From: Escherichia phage vB-Eco-KMB39 | Direction: 5' to 3' (one strand) | Sequence record: OR539219.1 | Length of the DNA: 64,000 nt | Part shown: piece after piece, positions 52,528-63,973 of the stretch | How the letters are laid out: the number at the start of each line of letters is the position of its first letter | Position numbering within the stretch: the stretch's first letter is position 1 | Notes under the pieces: model-generated | The model's database searches: none | Told to the model about the DNA's origin: nothing | The model's input: only the letters and a program-made list of their open reading frames with translations | Translations under genes and position numbers: made by a program

Positions 52528-52862
52528 AGCAGAAAATCTAATGTATTAGTTTTTTCACAACGAACAACAGAAGGACGTAAAAGATTTTCGTCAATAGCTT
52601 CCGACTGAATTTTTTCAATTATACCCGAAGGAATAAATTTAGCAAATTGAGTTTCAGGAATAGAGTTTTCTTCCAAGAATGCTGTCGTAGCTTCAAGATA
52701 ACTCATTCCAAACTCTTCTACCATTTTTTCAATAATAAATCCATTTTCTTGACGATCAAGAAGCTTTGCTATTTCATCCTTTTCTTTCTTGATTGAAAGT
52801 TCTTTTTCTGAAAGACCGGTCTCATCGACCGGACGAATATCATTTAGAGAAAACTGTGTCAT
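52524..52862 (-). CDS. 33: late transcription co-activator gp33
   Basis: 112 aa from ATG 52862; coupled to gene 59. Confidence 0.65.
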   Translation of the reverse strand: MTQFSLNDIRPVDETGLSEKELSIKKEKDEIAKLLDRQENGFIIEKMVEEFGMSYLEATTAFLEENSIPETQFAKFIPSGIIEKIQSEAIDENLLRPSVVRCEKTNTLDFLL

Positions 52863-53109
52863 AAAGTTCAACTACCTCTTCAGTTTCAGCTTCAAACACA
52901 TCACGGTTATCTTTATGATACAAAGCTAATAGACGATTAAACATCTTACCATCAACGCCAAGTTCATCTTTGGCACGAATTCGAATATCTTTAATCAGTT
53001 CATTATAACCGGAAATTTTCAGTTTATGATCAGATGCTTCTTTAATAAATTTAGCCAAGTCTTCGCCATGGATAGCTTCATCAAATTCAACCATTTCTTT
53101 TTTAGCCAT
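52840..53109 (-). CDS. dsbA: dsDNA-binding protein DsbA
   Basis: 89 aa; synteny between rnh and 33. Confidence 0.65.
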   Translation of the reverse strand: MAKKEMVEFDEAIHGEDLAKFIKEASDHKLKISGYNELIKDIRIRAKDELGVDGKMFNRLLALYHKDNRDVFEAETEEVVELYDTVFSK

Positions 53110-53117
53110 TATTCACC

Positions 53118-54035
53118 TCAAAATTCATTAATGCTGTTAGTTAATTTAGAAAGACCCGCTTTTACAAAATATGAATAAATTTTGCCACGCGGTGGTAATT
53201 TATATGAATTATAGTAATTCACAATGTTTGAAGCAATATTATCAGGAATATAATCAAAATCAATTAGAACTAAATTTTCTTTATAACGATTATATTCAGA
53301 TTCTGTGAGAAGCACCTTAGCTTGCTCACGGTCATTAGCAATAGCTTCAACGATTGAAGTTTTCATTGAAGGAGTTCGTTCACCTTCAACTCTGGTAAAC
53401 CAAAAGTCAGATCGTACTTTAACTGAAGCAACGTTATCCTTTTTGTCGCCTTTAAGGATTTTAGTCATACAGTCAATTTCAGCAGAACCGCTTTTAATTT
53501 TAACCCATTTCTTATGCATCGGTGACCATTGCTTAACATTTGGGTATTTGTGAAGCTGTGTAAAGTCACCATCCGACGAAATGATTAAAATTTTATGTCC
53601 TTCTAAAGAGAACTTTTTAACAAGAACAGCAATGTGGTCATCTGCTTCATACTTATCAATATCCATAACAATGTATGGCATATAAGCTTTCAATTCATCT
53701 ATAACTTTATGGCTGGATTCAAAATAACCTTCCCAGTCCCAAGTAGATTCTTCTCGTGCTTTTCCGCGGTTTTTCTTGTAATAGTAAGCAAAATCACGAC
53801 GCCAATATCCAGATTTCGCATTATCAATACACAGTACAATTTTAGTGTATCCAAGCGTTTTTGCTTTTTTGACATTAAACTTAATTGAGTTCAATATCAA
53901 ATGACGAACCATTGATAAATTAATTTTTTCTTTATCTGGGAAGTTTACCAAAGCAGTTGAAAGCGCAATTTGACTAAAGTCAATAAAGCAAATTCCTTCT
54001 TTGTAATCTTCATCCAACATCATTTCTAAATCCAT
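53118..54035 (-). CDS. rnh: RNase H (5'-3' exonuclease, FEN family)
   Basis: 305 aa from ATG 54035 (MDLEMMLDEDYKEG...) with GAGG RBS; ORF track frame extends to TTG at 54050. Confidence 0.85.
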   Translation of the reverse strand: MDLEMMLDEDYKEGICFIDFSQIALSTALVNFPDKEKINLSMVRHLILNSIKFNVKKAKTLGYTKIVLCIDNAKSGYWRRDFAYYYKKNRGKAREESTWDWEGYFESSHKVIDELKAYMPYIVMDIDKYEADDHIAVLVKKFSLEGHKILIISSDGDFTQLHKYPNVKQWSPMHKKWVKIKSGSAEIDCMTKILKGDKKDNVASVKVRSDFWFTRVEGERTPSMKTSIVEAIANDREQAKVLLTESEYNRYKENLVLIDFDYIPDNIASNIVNYYNSYKLPPRGKIYSYFVKAGLSKLTNSINEF

Positions 54036-54064
54036 ATGAACCTCGTTCAATTAGTGAGATTTAT

Positions 54065-54094
54065 ATTATATACCATCCAAATCTTAAAGTAAAC
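54065..54094 (-). promoter_or_regulatory. T4-type early promoter (GTTTAC, TATAAT) for rnh
   Basis: GTTTAC-N18-TATAAT in rnh / 34 divergent region. Confidence 0.5.
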
Positions 54095-54097
54095 AAG

Positions 54098-54105
54098 TAT
54101 AAATA
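54098..54105 (+). promoter_or_regulatory. late promoter core TATAAATA (gene 34)
   Basis: Exact match 34 bp upstream of gene 34 ATG. Confidence 0.7.
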
Positions 54106-54139
54106 CTTATTATTGAAAACACAATAGGAGCCCGGGAGA

Positions 54140-57100
54140 ATGGCCGAGATTAAAAGAAAGTTCAGAGCAGAAGATGGTCTGGACGCAGGTGGTGATAAAA
54201 TAATCAACGTAGCTTTAGCTGATCGTGCCGTAGGAACTGACGGCGTTAACGTTGATTACTTAATTCAAGAAAACACAGTTCAACAATATGATCCAACTCG
54301 TGGATATTTAAAAGATTTTGTAATCATTTATGATAACCGCTTTTGGGCTGCTATAAATGATATTCCAAAACCAGCAGGAGCTTTTAATAGCGTACGATGG
54401 AGAGCGTTACGTACTGATGCAAACTGGACAACTGTTTCATCAGGACCTTATCAATTAAAATCGGGCGAATCAATTTCAGTTGATACTGCAGCTGGTAATG
54501 ACATTACATTTACTTTACCATCTTCTCCAATTGATGGTGATACCATCGTTCTCCAAGATATTGGAGGAAAACCTGGAGTTAATCAAGTTTTAATTACAGC
54601 TCCGGTACAAAGCATTGTAAATTTTAGAGGTCAGCAAGTACGTTCAGTACTAATGACTCATCCAAAATCACAGATAGTTTTAATTTTTAGTAATCGTCTG
54701 TGGCAAATGTATGTTGCTGATTATAGTAGAGAAGCTGTAGTTGTAACTCCTGCGAGTCTCTATCAGGCACAATCAAACGATTTTATCGTACGTAGATTTA
54801 CTTCTGCTTCAGCAATTAATATTAAACTTCCAAGATTTGCCAATCATGGCGATATTATTAATTTCGTTGATTTGGATAAATTAAATCCTCTTTATCACAC
54901 AATTGTTACTACATATGATGAAACAACTTCAGTACAAGAAGTTGGAACTCATTCCATTGAAGGCCGTACATCGATTGACGGTTTCTTGATGTTTGATGAT
55001 AATGAGAAATTGTGGAGATTGTTTGACGGGGATAGTAAAGCACGTTTACGCATTATAACAACTAATTCTAATATTCGTCCAAACGAAGAAGTCATGGTAT
55101 TTGGCGCGAATAATGGAACAACCCAAACAATTGAACTTCAGCTTCCGACTGATATTTCTGTTGGTGATACTGTTAAAATTTCCATGAATTATATGAGAAA
55201 AGGACAAACAGTTAAAATCAAAGCTGCCGGTGAAGATAAAATTGCTTCTTCAGTTCAATTGCTGCAATTCCCAAAACGTTCAGAATATCCACCTGAAGCT
55301 GAATGGGTGACTGTTCAAGAATTAGTTTTTAACGGCGAAACTAATTATGTTCCAGTTTTACAGCTTGCTTATATAGAAGATTCTGATGGAAAATACTGGG
55401 TGGTACAACAAAACGTTCCAACAGTTGAAAGAGTTGATTCTTTAAATGATTCTACTAGAGCAAGATTAGGCGTAATTGCTTTAGCTACACAAGCTCAAGC
55501 AAATGCTGATTTAGAAAATTCTCCGCAAAAAGAATTAGCAATTACACCAGAAACATTAGCTAACCGTACTGCTACAGAAACTCGTAGAGGTATCGCAAGA
55601 ATAGCAACTACTGCCCAAGTGAACCAGGATACTACATTCTCTTTTGCAGATGACCTTATCATTACTCCTAAAAAGCTGAATGAAAGAACTGCTACAGAAA
55701 CTCGTAGAGGTGTCGCAGAAATTGCTACGCAGCAAGAAACTAATGCAGGAACCGATGATACTACAATCATCACTCCTAAAAAGCTTCAAGCTCGCCAAGG
55801 TTCTGAATCATTATCTGGTATTGTAACCTTTGTATCTACTGCAGGTGCTACTCCAGCTTCTAGCCGTGAATTAAATGGTACGAATGTTTATAATAAAAAC
55901 ACTAATAATTTAGTTGTTTCACCTAAAGCTTTGGATCAGTATAAAGCTACTCCAACACAACAAGGTGCGGTAATTTTAGCAGTTGAAAGTGAAGTAATTG
56001 CTGGACAAAGTCAGGAAGGATGGGCAAATGCTGTTGTAACGCCAGAAACGTTACATAAAAAGACATCAACTGATGGAAGAATTGGTTTAATTGAAATTGC
56101 TACGCAAAGTGAAGTTAATACAGGAACTGATTATACTCGTGCAGTCACTCCTAAAACTTTAAATGACCGTAGAGCAACTGAAAGTTTAAGTGGTATAGCT
56201 GAAATTGCTACACAGGTTGAATTCGACGCAGGCGTCGACGATACTCGTATCTCTACACCATTAAAAATTAAAACCAGATTTAATAGTACTGATCGTACTT
56301 CTGTTGTTGCTCTATCTGGATTAGTTGAATCAGGAACTCTCTGGGACCATTATACCCTTGATATTCTTGAAGCAAATGAGACACAGCGTGGTACACTTCG
56401 TGTAGCTACACAGGTCGAAGCTGCTGCAGGAACATTAGATAATGTTTTAATAACTCCTAAAAAGCTTTTAGGTACTAAATCTACTGAAGCACAAGAAGGT
56501 GTTATTAAAGTTGCAACTCAGTCTGAAACTGTGGCTGGAACGTCAGCAAATACTGCTGTATCTCCAAAAAATTTAAAATGGATTGTGCAGAGTGAACCTA
56601 CCTGGGCAGCTACTACTACAGTAAGAGGCTTTGTTAAAACTTCATCTGGTTCAATTACATTTGTCGGTAATGATACGGTAGGTTCAACACAGCCATTAGA
56701 ATCATATGAGAAAAATGGTTATGCAGTATCACCATATGAATTAAACCGTGTATTAGCAAATTATTTGCCATTAAAAGCAAAAGCTGTAGATAGTAATTTA
56801 TTGGATGGTCTAGATTCATCTCAGTTCATTCGTAGGGACATTGCGCAGACAGTTAATGGTTCACTAACCTTAACCCAACAAACGAATCTGAGTGCCCCTC
56901 TTGTATCATCTAGTACTGCTACGTTTGGTGGTTCAGTTTCGGCAAATAGTGTACTAACTATTTCTAATACTGGAACAGAAACTCATCTGATTTTTGAGAA
57001 AGGACCTCAAACTGGAACTAACCAAGCGCAGACGGTGACTATTAGAGTGTGGGGTAATCAATTTAGTGGGGAATCAGACACAACACGTTCTACTGTATTT

Positions 57101-58009
57101 GAAGTTGGTGATGAAACGTCTAATCATTTTTATTCTCAGCGCAATAAAGCCGGAAATATAACATTTAATATCAACGGTACAGTAACACCGATAAATGTTA
57201 ATGCTTCAGGAACATTGAATGCAAATGGCGTAGCAACATTTGGTAATTCAGTCACTGCAACTGGTGAAATTATTTCTCGAAGCGCAAATGCTTTCCGTGC
57301 TATTAGCGGAAATTATGGTTTCATTGTTCGCAATGACGGGTCAGTAACGAATTTTATGCTTACTGCATCGGGTGATCAGACTGGCGGATTTAATGGATTG
57401 CGTCCTTTAGCTATCAATAATGCATCTGGTCAAGTAACGATTGGCGAAAGCTTAATCATTGCCAAAGGTGCTACTATAAATTCAGGCGGTTTGACTGTTA
57501 ACTCGAGAATTCGTTCTCAGGGTACTAAAACATCTGATTTATATACCCGCGCACCAACAACTGATACTGTAGGATTCTGGTCAATTGATATTAACGATTC
57601 AGCCACTTATAATCAGTTCCCGGGTTATTTTAAAATGGTTGAAAAAACTAATGAAGTGACTGGACTTCCATACTTAGAACGTGGTGAAGAGGTTAAATCT
57701 CCTGGTACATTGACTCAGTTTGGTAACACACTTGATTCGCTTTACCAAGATTGGATTACTTATCCAACAACACCAGAAGCGCGTACCACTCGTTGGACAC
57801 GCACATGGCAGAAAACCAAAAACTCTTGGTCAAGTTTTGTTCAGGTATTTGACGGAGGTAACCCTCCTCAACCGTCTGATATTGGTGCTTTACCATCTGA
57901 TAATGCTATAATGGGTAATCTTACTATTCGTGATTTCTTACGAATTGGTAATGTTCGCATTGTTCCTGACCCAGTGAATAAAACGGTTAAATTTGAATGG
58001 GTTGAATAA
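54140..58009 (+). CDS. 34: long tail fibre proximal subunit gp34
   Basis: 1289 aa; repeated ATQxE.N.GT...TPK beta-repeat motifs; late promoter at 54098. Confidence 0.9.
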   Translation: MAEIKRKFRAEDGLDAGGDKIINVALADRAVGTDGVNVDYLIQENTVQQYDPTRGYLKDFVIIYDNRFWAAINDIPKPAGAFNSVRWRALRTDANWTTVSSGPYQLKSGESISVDTAAGNDITFTLPSSPIDGDTIVLQDIGGKPGVNQVLITAPVQSIVNFRGQQVRSVLMTHPKSQIVLIFSNRLWQMYVADYSREAVVVTPASLYQAQSNDFIVRRFTSASAINIKLPRFANHGDIINFVDLDKLNPLYHTIVTTYDETTSVQEVGTHSIEGRTSIDGFLMFDDNEKLWRLFDGDSKARLRIITTNSNIRPNEEVMVFGANNGTTQTIELQLPTDISVGDTVKISMNYMRKGQTVKIKAAGEDKIASSVQLLQFPKRSEYPPEAEWVTVQELVFNGETNYVPVLQLAYIEDSDGKYWVVQQNVPTVERVDSLNDSTRARLGVIALATQAQANADLENSPQKELAITPETLANRTATETRRGIARIATTAQVNQDTTFSFADDLIITPKKLNERTATETRRGVAEIATQQETNAGTDDTTIITPKKLQARQGSESLSGIVTFVSTAGATPASSRELNGTNVYNKNTNNLVVSPKALDQYKATPTQQGAVILAVESEVIAGQSQEGWANAVVTPETLHKKTSTDGRIGLIEIATQSEVNTGTDYTRAVTPKTLNDRRATESLSGIAEIATQVEFDAGVDDTRISTPLKIKTRFNSTDRTSVVALSGLVESGTLWDHYTLDILEANETQRGTLRVATQVEAAAGTLDNVLITPKKLLGTKSTEAQEGVIKVATQSETVAGTSANTAVSPKNLKWIVQSEPTWAATTTVRGFVKTSSGSITFVGNDTVGSTQPLESYEKNGYAVSPYELNRVLANYLPLKAKAVDSNLLDGLDSSQFIRRDIAQTVNGSLTLTQQTNLSAPLVSSSTATFGGSVSANSVLTISNTGTETHLIFEKGPQTGTNQAQTVTIRVWGNQFSGESDTTRSTVFEVGDETSNHFYSQRNKAGNITFNINGTVTPINVNASGTLNANGVATFGNSVTATGEIISRSANAFRAISGNYGFIVRNDGSVTNFMLTASGDQTGGFNGLRPLAINNASGQVTIGESLIIAKGATINSGGLTVNSRIRSQGTKTSDLYTRAPTTDTVGFWSIDINDSATYNQFPGYFKMVEKTNEVTGLPYLERGEEVKSPGTLTQFGNTLDSLYQDWITYPTTPEARTTRWTRTWQKTKNSWSSFVQVFDGGNPPQPSDIGALPSDNAIMGNLTIRDFLRIGNVRIVPDPVNKTVKFEWVE
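54805..54828 (+). promoter_or_regulatory. MotA-box middle-promoter-like element inside gene 34 (candidate ori(34))
   Basis: TGCTTCA, 11-bp spacer, TAAACT on + strand, 665 bp into gene 34. Confidence 0.35.
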
Positions 58010-58017
58010 GAGGTATT

Positions 58018-59133
58018 ATGGAAAAATTTATGGCAGAGTTTGGACAAGGATACGTCCAAACGCCATTTTTATCGGAAAGCAATTCAGTAAGATATAAAAT
58101 AAGTATAGCGGGTTCTTGCCCGCTTTCTACAGCAGGACCATACGTTAAATTTCAGGATAATCCTGTAGGAAATCAAACATTTAGCGCAGGTCTTCATTTA
58201 AGAGTTTTTGATCCTTCTACAGGAGCATTAGTTGATAGTAAGTCATATGCTTTTTCTACTTCAAATGATACTACATCAGCTGCTTTTGTTAGTTTCATGA
58301 ATTCTTTGACGAATAATAGAATTGTTGCTATATTAACTAGCGGAAAGGTTAATTTTCCTCCTGAAGTAGTATCTTGGTTAAGAACCGCCGGAACGTCTGC
58401 TTTTCCATCTGACTCTATATTGTCAAGATTTGATGTATCATATGCTGCTTTTTATACTTCTTCTAAAAGAGCTATTGCATTAGAGCATGTTAAATTAAGT
58501 AATAGAAAAAGCACAGATGATTATCAAACTATTTTAGATGTTGTATTTGACAGTTTAGAAGACGTTGGAGCTACCGGGTTTCCAAGAAGAACATATGAAA
58601 GCGTTGAGCAGTTTATGTCAGCGGTTGGTGGAACTAATAACGAAATTGCACGTCTACCAACTTCATCCGCGATAAGTAAACTTTCTGACTACAATTTAAT
58701 TCCTGGCGATGTTCTTTATCTTAAAGCACAACTATATGCTGATGCCGATTTACTTGCTCTTGGAACTACGAATATATCCATTAGATTTTATAATGAATCG
58801 GATGGATATATTTCTTCAACACATGCTGAGTTTACTGGTCAAGCTGGGTCATGGGAATTAAAGGAAGACTATGTAGTTGTTCCTGAAAATGCGGTAGGAT
58901 TTACGATATATGCACAAAGAACTGCCCAAGCAGGTCAAGGAGGCATGAGAAATTTAAGCTTTTCTGAAGTATCAAGAAATGGCGGCATTTCAAAACCTGC
59001 TGAATTCGGCGTCAATGGTATTCGTGTTAATTATATCTGTGAATCTGCTTCACCTCCGGATATAATGGTACTTCCTACACAAGCATCGTCTAAAACTGGT
59101 AAAGTGTTTGGGCAAGAATTTAGAGAAGTTTAA
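58018..59133 (+). CDS. 35: long tail fibre hinge protein gp35
   Basis: 371 aa; synteny. Confidence 0.8.
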   Translation: MEKFMAEFGQGYVQTPFLSESNSVRYKISIAGSCPLSTAGPYVKFQDNPVGNQTFSAGLHLRVFDPSTGALVDSKSYAFSTSNDTTSAAFVSFMNSLTNNRIVAILTSGKVNFPPEVVSWLRTAGTSAFPSDSILSRFDVSYAAFYTSSKRAIALEHVKLSNRKSTDDYQTILDVVFDSLEDVGATGFPRRTYESVEQFMSAVGGTNNEIARLPTSSAISKLSDYNLIPGDVLYLKAQLYADADLLALGTTNISIRFYNESDGYISSTHAEFTGQAGSWELKEDYVVVPENAVGFTIYAQRTAQAGQGGMRNLSFSEVSRNGGISKPAEFGVNGIRVNYICESASPPDIMVLPTQASSKTGKVFGQEFREV

Positions 59134-59138
59134 ATTGA

Positions 59139-59160
59139 GGGAGCCTTCGGGTTCCCTTTT
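59139..59160 (+). terminator. UUCG hairpin terminator after gene 35
   Basis: GGGAGCC-TTCG-GGTTCCC then TTTTTCTTT. Confidence 0.6.
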
Positions 59161-59164
59161 TCTT

Positions 59165-59172
59165 TATAAATA
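59165..59172 (+). promoter_or_regulatory. late promoter core TATAAATA (gene 36)
   Basis: Exact match 23 bp upstream of gene 36 ATG, after UUCG hairpin. Confidence 0.65.
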
Positions 59173-59195
59173 CTATTAAAATAAAGGGGCATACA

Positions 59196-59852
59196 ATGGC
59201 TGATTTAAAAGTAGGTTCAACAACCGGAGGCTCTGTCATTTGGCATCAAGGAAATTTTCCATTGAATCCAGCCGGTGACGATGTACTCTATAAATCATTT
59301 AAAATATATTCAGAATATAATAAACCACAAGCTGCTGATAACGATTTCGTTTCTAAAGCTAATGGCGGTACTTATTTAAATAAAGTAATTTTTAATAAAG
59401 GAATGACTGTTCCTGGCGCAGGGTCAGGTGATAATGGTATTTTTGCTGGTCCTGGTGATAGTGCCACGTATGATACTACAAATATGGATATTGTTTCATG
59501 GTATGGTATTGGTTTTAAATCATCACAAGGAACAGCAGGTAGAACTGTAGTAATTAACACACGAAATGGAGATATTAGCTCAAAGGGCGTAATTGAAGCA
59601 TCACAAATCCGTGTAACTTCGTTATCACCAGTAAATAATTATGACCTTACGCGGAAAGATTATGTTGATGGAGCAATAAATATTGTTACAGCAAACGCAA
59701 ACTCTAGGGTATTACGCTCTGGAGACACTATGACAGGAAATTTAACTGCGCCAAACCTTTTTTCACAGAATCCTGCATCTCAACCCTCGCATGTTCCACG
59801 ATTTGACCAAATTGTTATTAAGGATTCTGTTCAAGATTTCGGCTATTATTAA
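59196..59852 (+). CDS. 36: long tail fibre proximal part of distal half gp36
   Basis: 218 aa; late promoter at 59165. Confidence 0.8.
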   Translation: MADLKVGSTTGGSVIWHQGNFPLNPAGDDVLYKSFKIYSEYNKPQAADNDFVSKANGGTYLNKVIFNKGMTVPGAGSGDNGIFAGPGDSATYDTTNMDIVSWYGIGFKSSQGTAGRTVVINTRNGDISSKGVIEASQIRVTSLSPVNNYDLTRKDYVDGAINIVTANANSRVLRSGDTMTGNLTAPNLFSQNPASQPSHVPRFDQIVIKDSVQDFGYY

Positions 59853-59860
59853 GAGGACTT

Positions 59861-62800
59861 ATGGCTACTTTAAAACAAATACAATTTAAAAGAAGCAAAA
59901 CTGCAGGAGCACGTCCTGCCGCTTCAGTATTAGCCGAAGGTGAATTGGCTATAAACTTAAAAGACCGTGTACTTTTTACTAAAGATGACCAAGGAAATAT
60001 TATTGATCTGGGTTTTGCTAAAGGCGGTAGTATTGACGGGAATGTTATTCATACAGGCAATTATAACCAAACTGGCGATTATACTTTAAATGGCGTCTTC
60101 ACTCAGACTGGTAATTTTAATTTAACTGGTATTGCTCGAGTAACTCGCGATATTATTGCCGCTGGGCAGATTATGACTGAAGGCGGAGAACTTATTACAA
60201 AAAGTTCAGGTACAGCGCATGTTCGTTTTTTCGATAACAATAGTCGCGAACGCGGAATCATTTATGCCCCGGCTAATGATGGTTTAACTACACAAGTACT
60301 TAATATCAGGGTTCAAGACTACGCCGCTGGTAGCGAAAGCACTTATGCATTTTCAGGCAGTGGACTATTTACTTCACCTGAAGTATCAGCATGGAAATCT
60401 ATTTCGTCTCCACAAATTCTGACCAACAAAGTCATTACTAATAATAAATCTACGGGTGATTATGACATCTATTCGATGGCAGACAATGTTCCATTGTCTG
60501 AAAGCACTACTGCTATTAATCATCTTCGTGTCATGCGTAATGCCGTTGGTTCTGGTATTTTCCATGAAGTTAAAGATAATGATGGAATAACTTGGTATGC
60601 AGGTGATGGACTTGACACCTATCTTTGGTCATTTACTTGGAGCGGCGGAATTAAATCAAGTCACTCAATTTCTATTGGTTTAACACCTGGTAATAAAGAT
60701 TATTCAATATTAGGACCATCTAGTATTGCTTTAGGAGATAATGATACTGGATTTAAATGGCATCAAGATGGATATTATTTTAGCGTTAATAATGGAACAA
60801 AAACGTTTTTATTTAGTCCTAGCGAAACAACTAGCCTAAGAAAATTTGTAGCTGGATATTCTACTAACGGAACCGATTTAACTACTCCTCCAACTGAAAA
60901 TTATGCTCTTGCTACTGTCGTGACATACCACGATAATAACGCGTTTGGAGATGGTCAGACTCTTTTAGGATATTATCAAGGCGGTAACTATCATCACTAT
61001 TTCCGCGGCAAGGGTACTACAAACATTAATACTCACGGCGGTTTGTTAGTTACTCCTGGTAATATTGACGTTATTGGTGGTTCTGTTAATATCGATGGTA
61101 GAAATAATGCTTCTACACTGATGTTTAGAGGTAACACAACTGGTAGCAGTTCAGTTGATAATATGACAATTTCCGTGTGGGGTAATACCTTTACTAATCC
61201 TAGCGAAGGCACCCGTAAAAATGTCATGGAAATTTCTGACGCAACTAGTTGGATGAGCTATATTCAACGAACAACTGCAGGTAAAGTCGAATCGGTTATA
61301 AATGGCACCCAGATTGTTAATGAAAACTTGACAGTAGTAAAAAATGCTACATTTGACGGTACAATCAGCGCAGCCGGTGAAATCGCGACAAATGCTGTAA
61401 ATGGTCTTCGCATTTGGAACGCAGATTATGGAGCTATTTTTAGACGTTCAGAAGGAAGTCTTCATATTATTCCAACTGCTTACGGTGAAGGTAAATATGG
61501 CGATATCGGTCCACTTCGCCCGTTTAGTATGGCTTTAGATACTGGTAAAGTTACTATTCCAGATTTACAATCAAGTTACAATACGTTCGCTGCTAACGGT
61601 TATATTAAATTTGTTGGTCATGGAGCGGGTGCCGGCGGTTATGACATTCAATATGCTCAAGCGGCTCCTATTTTCCAGGAAATTGATGATGATGCTGTAA
61701 GCAAATATTATCCTATTGTTAAACAGAAGTTTTTAAATGGTAAAGCCGTTTGGTCTTTAGGTACTGAAATTAATTCGGGTACATTCGTTATTCATCATCT
61801 GAAAGAAGATGGTTCACAAGGCCATACGTCTCGTTTTAATCAAGACGGTACTGTTAACTTCCCAGATAACGTTTCTGTCGGCGGCGGTGAAGCTACTATT
61901 GCTCGTAATGGTAACATCTGGTCTGATATCTGGAAAACGTTTACTTCAGCAGGCGACGTAACTAATATTCACGATGCTATTGCTACTCGCGTTGCCAAAG
62001 AAGGCGACACGATGACCGGCACTCTTTGGATTAATAAAGATGCTGCTGGAATAGTTCTTAATCCTCCTTTGACCAGTGATTCATCATTTATTCGTTCTGA
62101 TACGGCCGGGGCCAATAATTGGTATATTGGTAAAGGCGGTGCCGACAATGGTCTAGGTTTTTACAGTTACATTACACAAGGCGGTGTATACATAACAAAT
62201 AACGGTGAAATATCGCTTTCTCCTCAAGGACAAGGAACATTTAATTTTAATAGAGACCGCCTTTATATAAATGCTAGTCAATGGGTTGCACATAAATCTG
62301 GCGCTTGGGGCGACCAATGGGGCTTAGAAGCTCCTGTATTTGTGGATTTTGGTAGCGTTGGTAATGATAGTTATTATCCTATTATCAAAGGAAAATCTGG
62401 TATTACTAACGAAGGATACGTATCCGGTGTAGATTTTGGTATGCGCCGCATCACTAATACATGGGCCCAAGGTATTATTCGTGTAGGTAACCAGGAAAAT
62501 GGCTCCGACCCGCAAGCTATCTATGAATTCCACTCTAATGGTACTTTTTATGCTCCGAGCTTACTTAAGAGCAACAGAGTATCGGCTGGTGGTGGAGACC
62601 CTGTATGGACTGGACCATGTATTGTTATCGGCGATAACGACACCGGATTGGTATGGGAAGCAGACGGTATTTTCAACGCATATGCAAACGGTCAAGGTGT
62701 GTTTAGTTTCCGCGCTGGTCTTGCTCAGACATTTGGCAACGTGTCCCTTAACGTTAACGCCGGTATGTACGTTCGTGATAACATTGATGTTAACGACGTT

Positions 62801-63130
62801 TATATTCGTTCTGATATTCGTTGTAAGTCAGAAATTAAGCTTATTAAGAACGCTCAAGAGAAATCTAAACTCTTAGGTGGTTATACTTATCTGCTTAAAA
62901 ACTCTGTCACAGACGAAGTTAAACCGTCTGCAGGTTTAATTGCTCAGGAAGTTCAAGAAGTATTGCCTGAACTTGTTTCTGAAGATAAAGAGACCGGCTT
63001 ACTTCGTTTAAACTATAACGGTATTATCGGTTTAAATACTGCTACTATCAACGAGCATACTGACGAAATCAAGGAATTGAAATCTGAAATTGCTGAATTG
63101 AAAGCATTAATTAAATCATTGATAAAATAA
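59861..63130 (+). CDS. 37: long tail fibre distal subunit gp37 with C-terminal intramolecular-chaperone-like domain
   Basis: 1089 aa; N-terminus MATLKQIQFKRSKTAGARPAAS...; C-terminal about 106 aa with SDIRCK and coiled coil. Confidence 0.9.
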   Translation: MATLKQIQFKRSKTAGARPAASVLAEGELAINLKDRVLFTKDDQGNIIDLGFAKGGSIDGNVIHTGNYNQTGDYTLNGVFTQTGNFNLTGIARVTRDIIAAGQIMTEGGELITKSSGTAHVRFFDNNSRERGIIYAPANDGLTTQVLNIRVQDYAAGSESTYAFSGSGLFTSPEVSAWKSISSPQILTNKVITNNKSTGDYDIYSMADNVPLSESTTAINHLRVMRNAVGSGIFHEVKDNDGITWYAGDGLDTYLWSFTWSGGIKSSHSISIGLTPGNKDYSILGPSSIALGDNDTGFKWHQDGYYFSVNNGTKTFLFSPSETTSLRKFVAGYSTNGTDLTTPPTENYALATVVTYHDNNAFGDGQTLLGYYQGGNYHHYFRGKGTTNINTHGGLLVTPGNIDVIGGSVNIDGRNNASTLMFRGNTTGSSSVDNMTISVWGNTFTNPSEGTRKNVMEISDATSWMSYIQRTTAGKVESVINGTQIVNENLTVVKNATFDGTISAAGEIATNAVNGLRIWNADYGAIFRRSEGSLHIIPTAYGEGKYGDIGPLRPFSMALDTGKVTIPDLQSSYNTFAANGYIKFVGHGAGAGGYDIQYAQAAPIFQEIDDDAVSKYYPIVKQKFLNGKAVWSLGTEINSGTFVIHHLKEDGSQGHTSRFNQDGTVNFPDNVSVGGGEATIARNGNIWSDIWKTFTSAGDVTNIHDAIATRVAKEGDTMTGTLWINKDAAGIVLNPPLTSDSSFIRSDTAGANNWYIGKGGADNGLGFYSYITQGGVYITNNGEISLSPQGQGTFNFNRDRLYINASQWVAHKSGAWGDQWGLEAPVFVDFGSVGNDSYYPIIKGKSGITNEGYVSGVDFGMRRITNTWAQGIIRVGNQENGSDPQAIYEFHSNGTFYAPSLLKSNRVSAGGGDPVWTGPCIVIGDNDTGLVWEADGIFNAYANGQGVFSFRAGLAQTFGNVSLNVNAGMYVRDNIDVNDVYIRSDIRCKSEIKLIKNAQEKSKLLGGYTYLLKNSVTDEVKPSAGLIAQEVQEVLPELVSEDKETGLLRLNYNGIIGLNTATINEHTDEIKELKSEIAELKALIKSLIK

Positions 63131-63133
63131 TAA

Positions 63134-63943
<810 letters not shown>

Positions 63944-63973
63944 TTTGAATAAATATCCTTAAAAGGAGGGTCT

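Noticed and set aside
62499-62876. 125-aa alternative-frame ORF inside gene 37
   Set aside because: Out-of-frame overlap within a long structural gene; no start context
54140-63130. Internal degenerate repeats in tail fibre genes 34 and 37
   Set aside because: Typical structural repeats of fibre shafts, not insertion elements or satellite DNA
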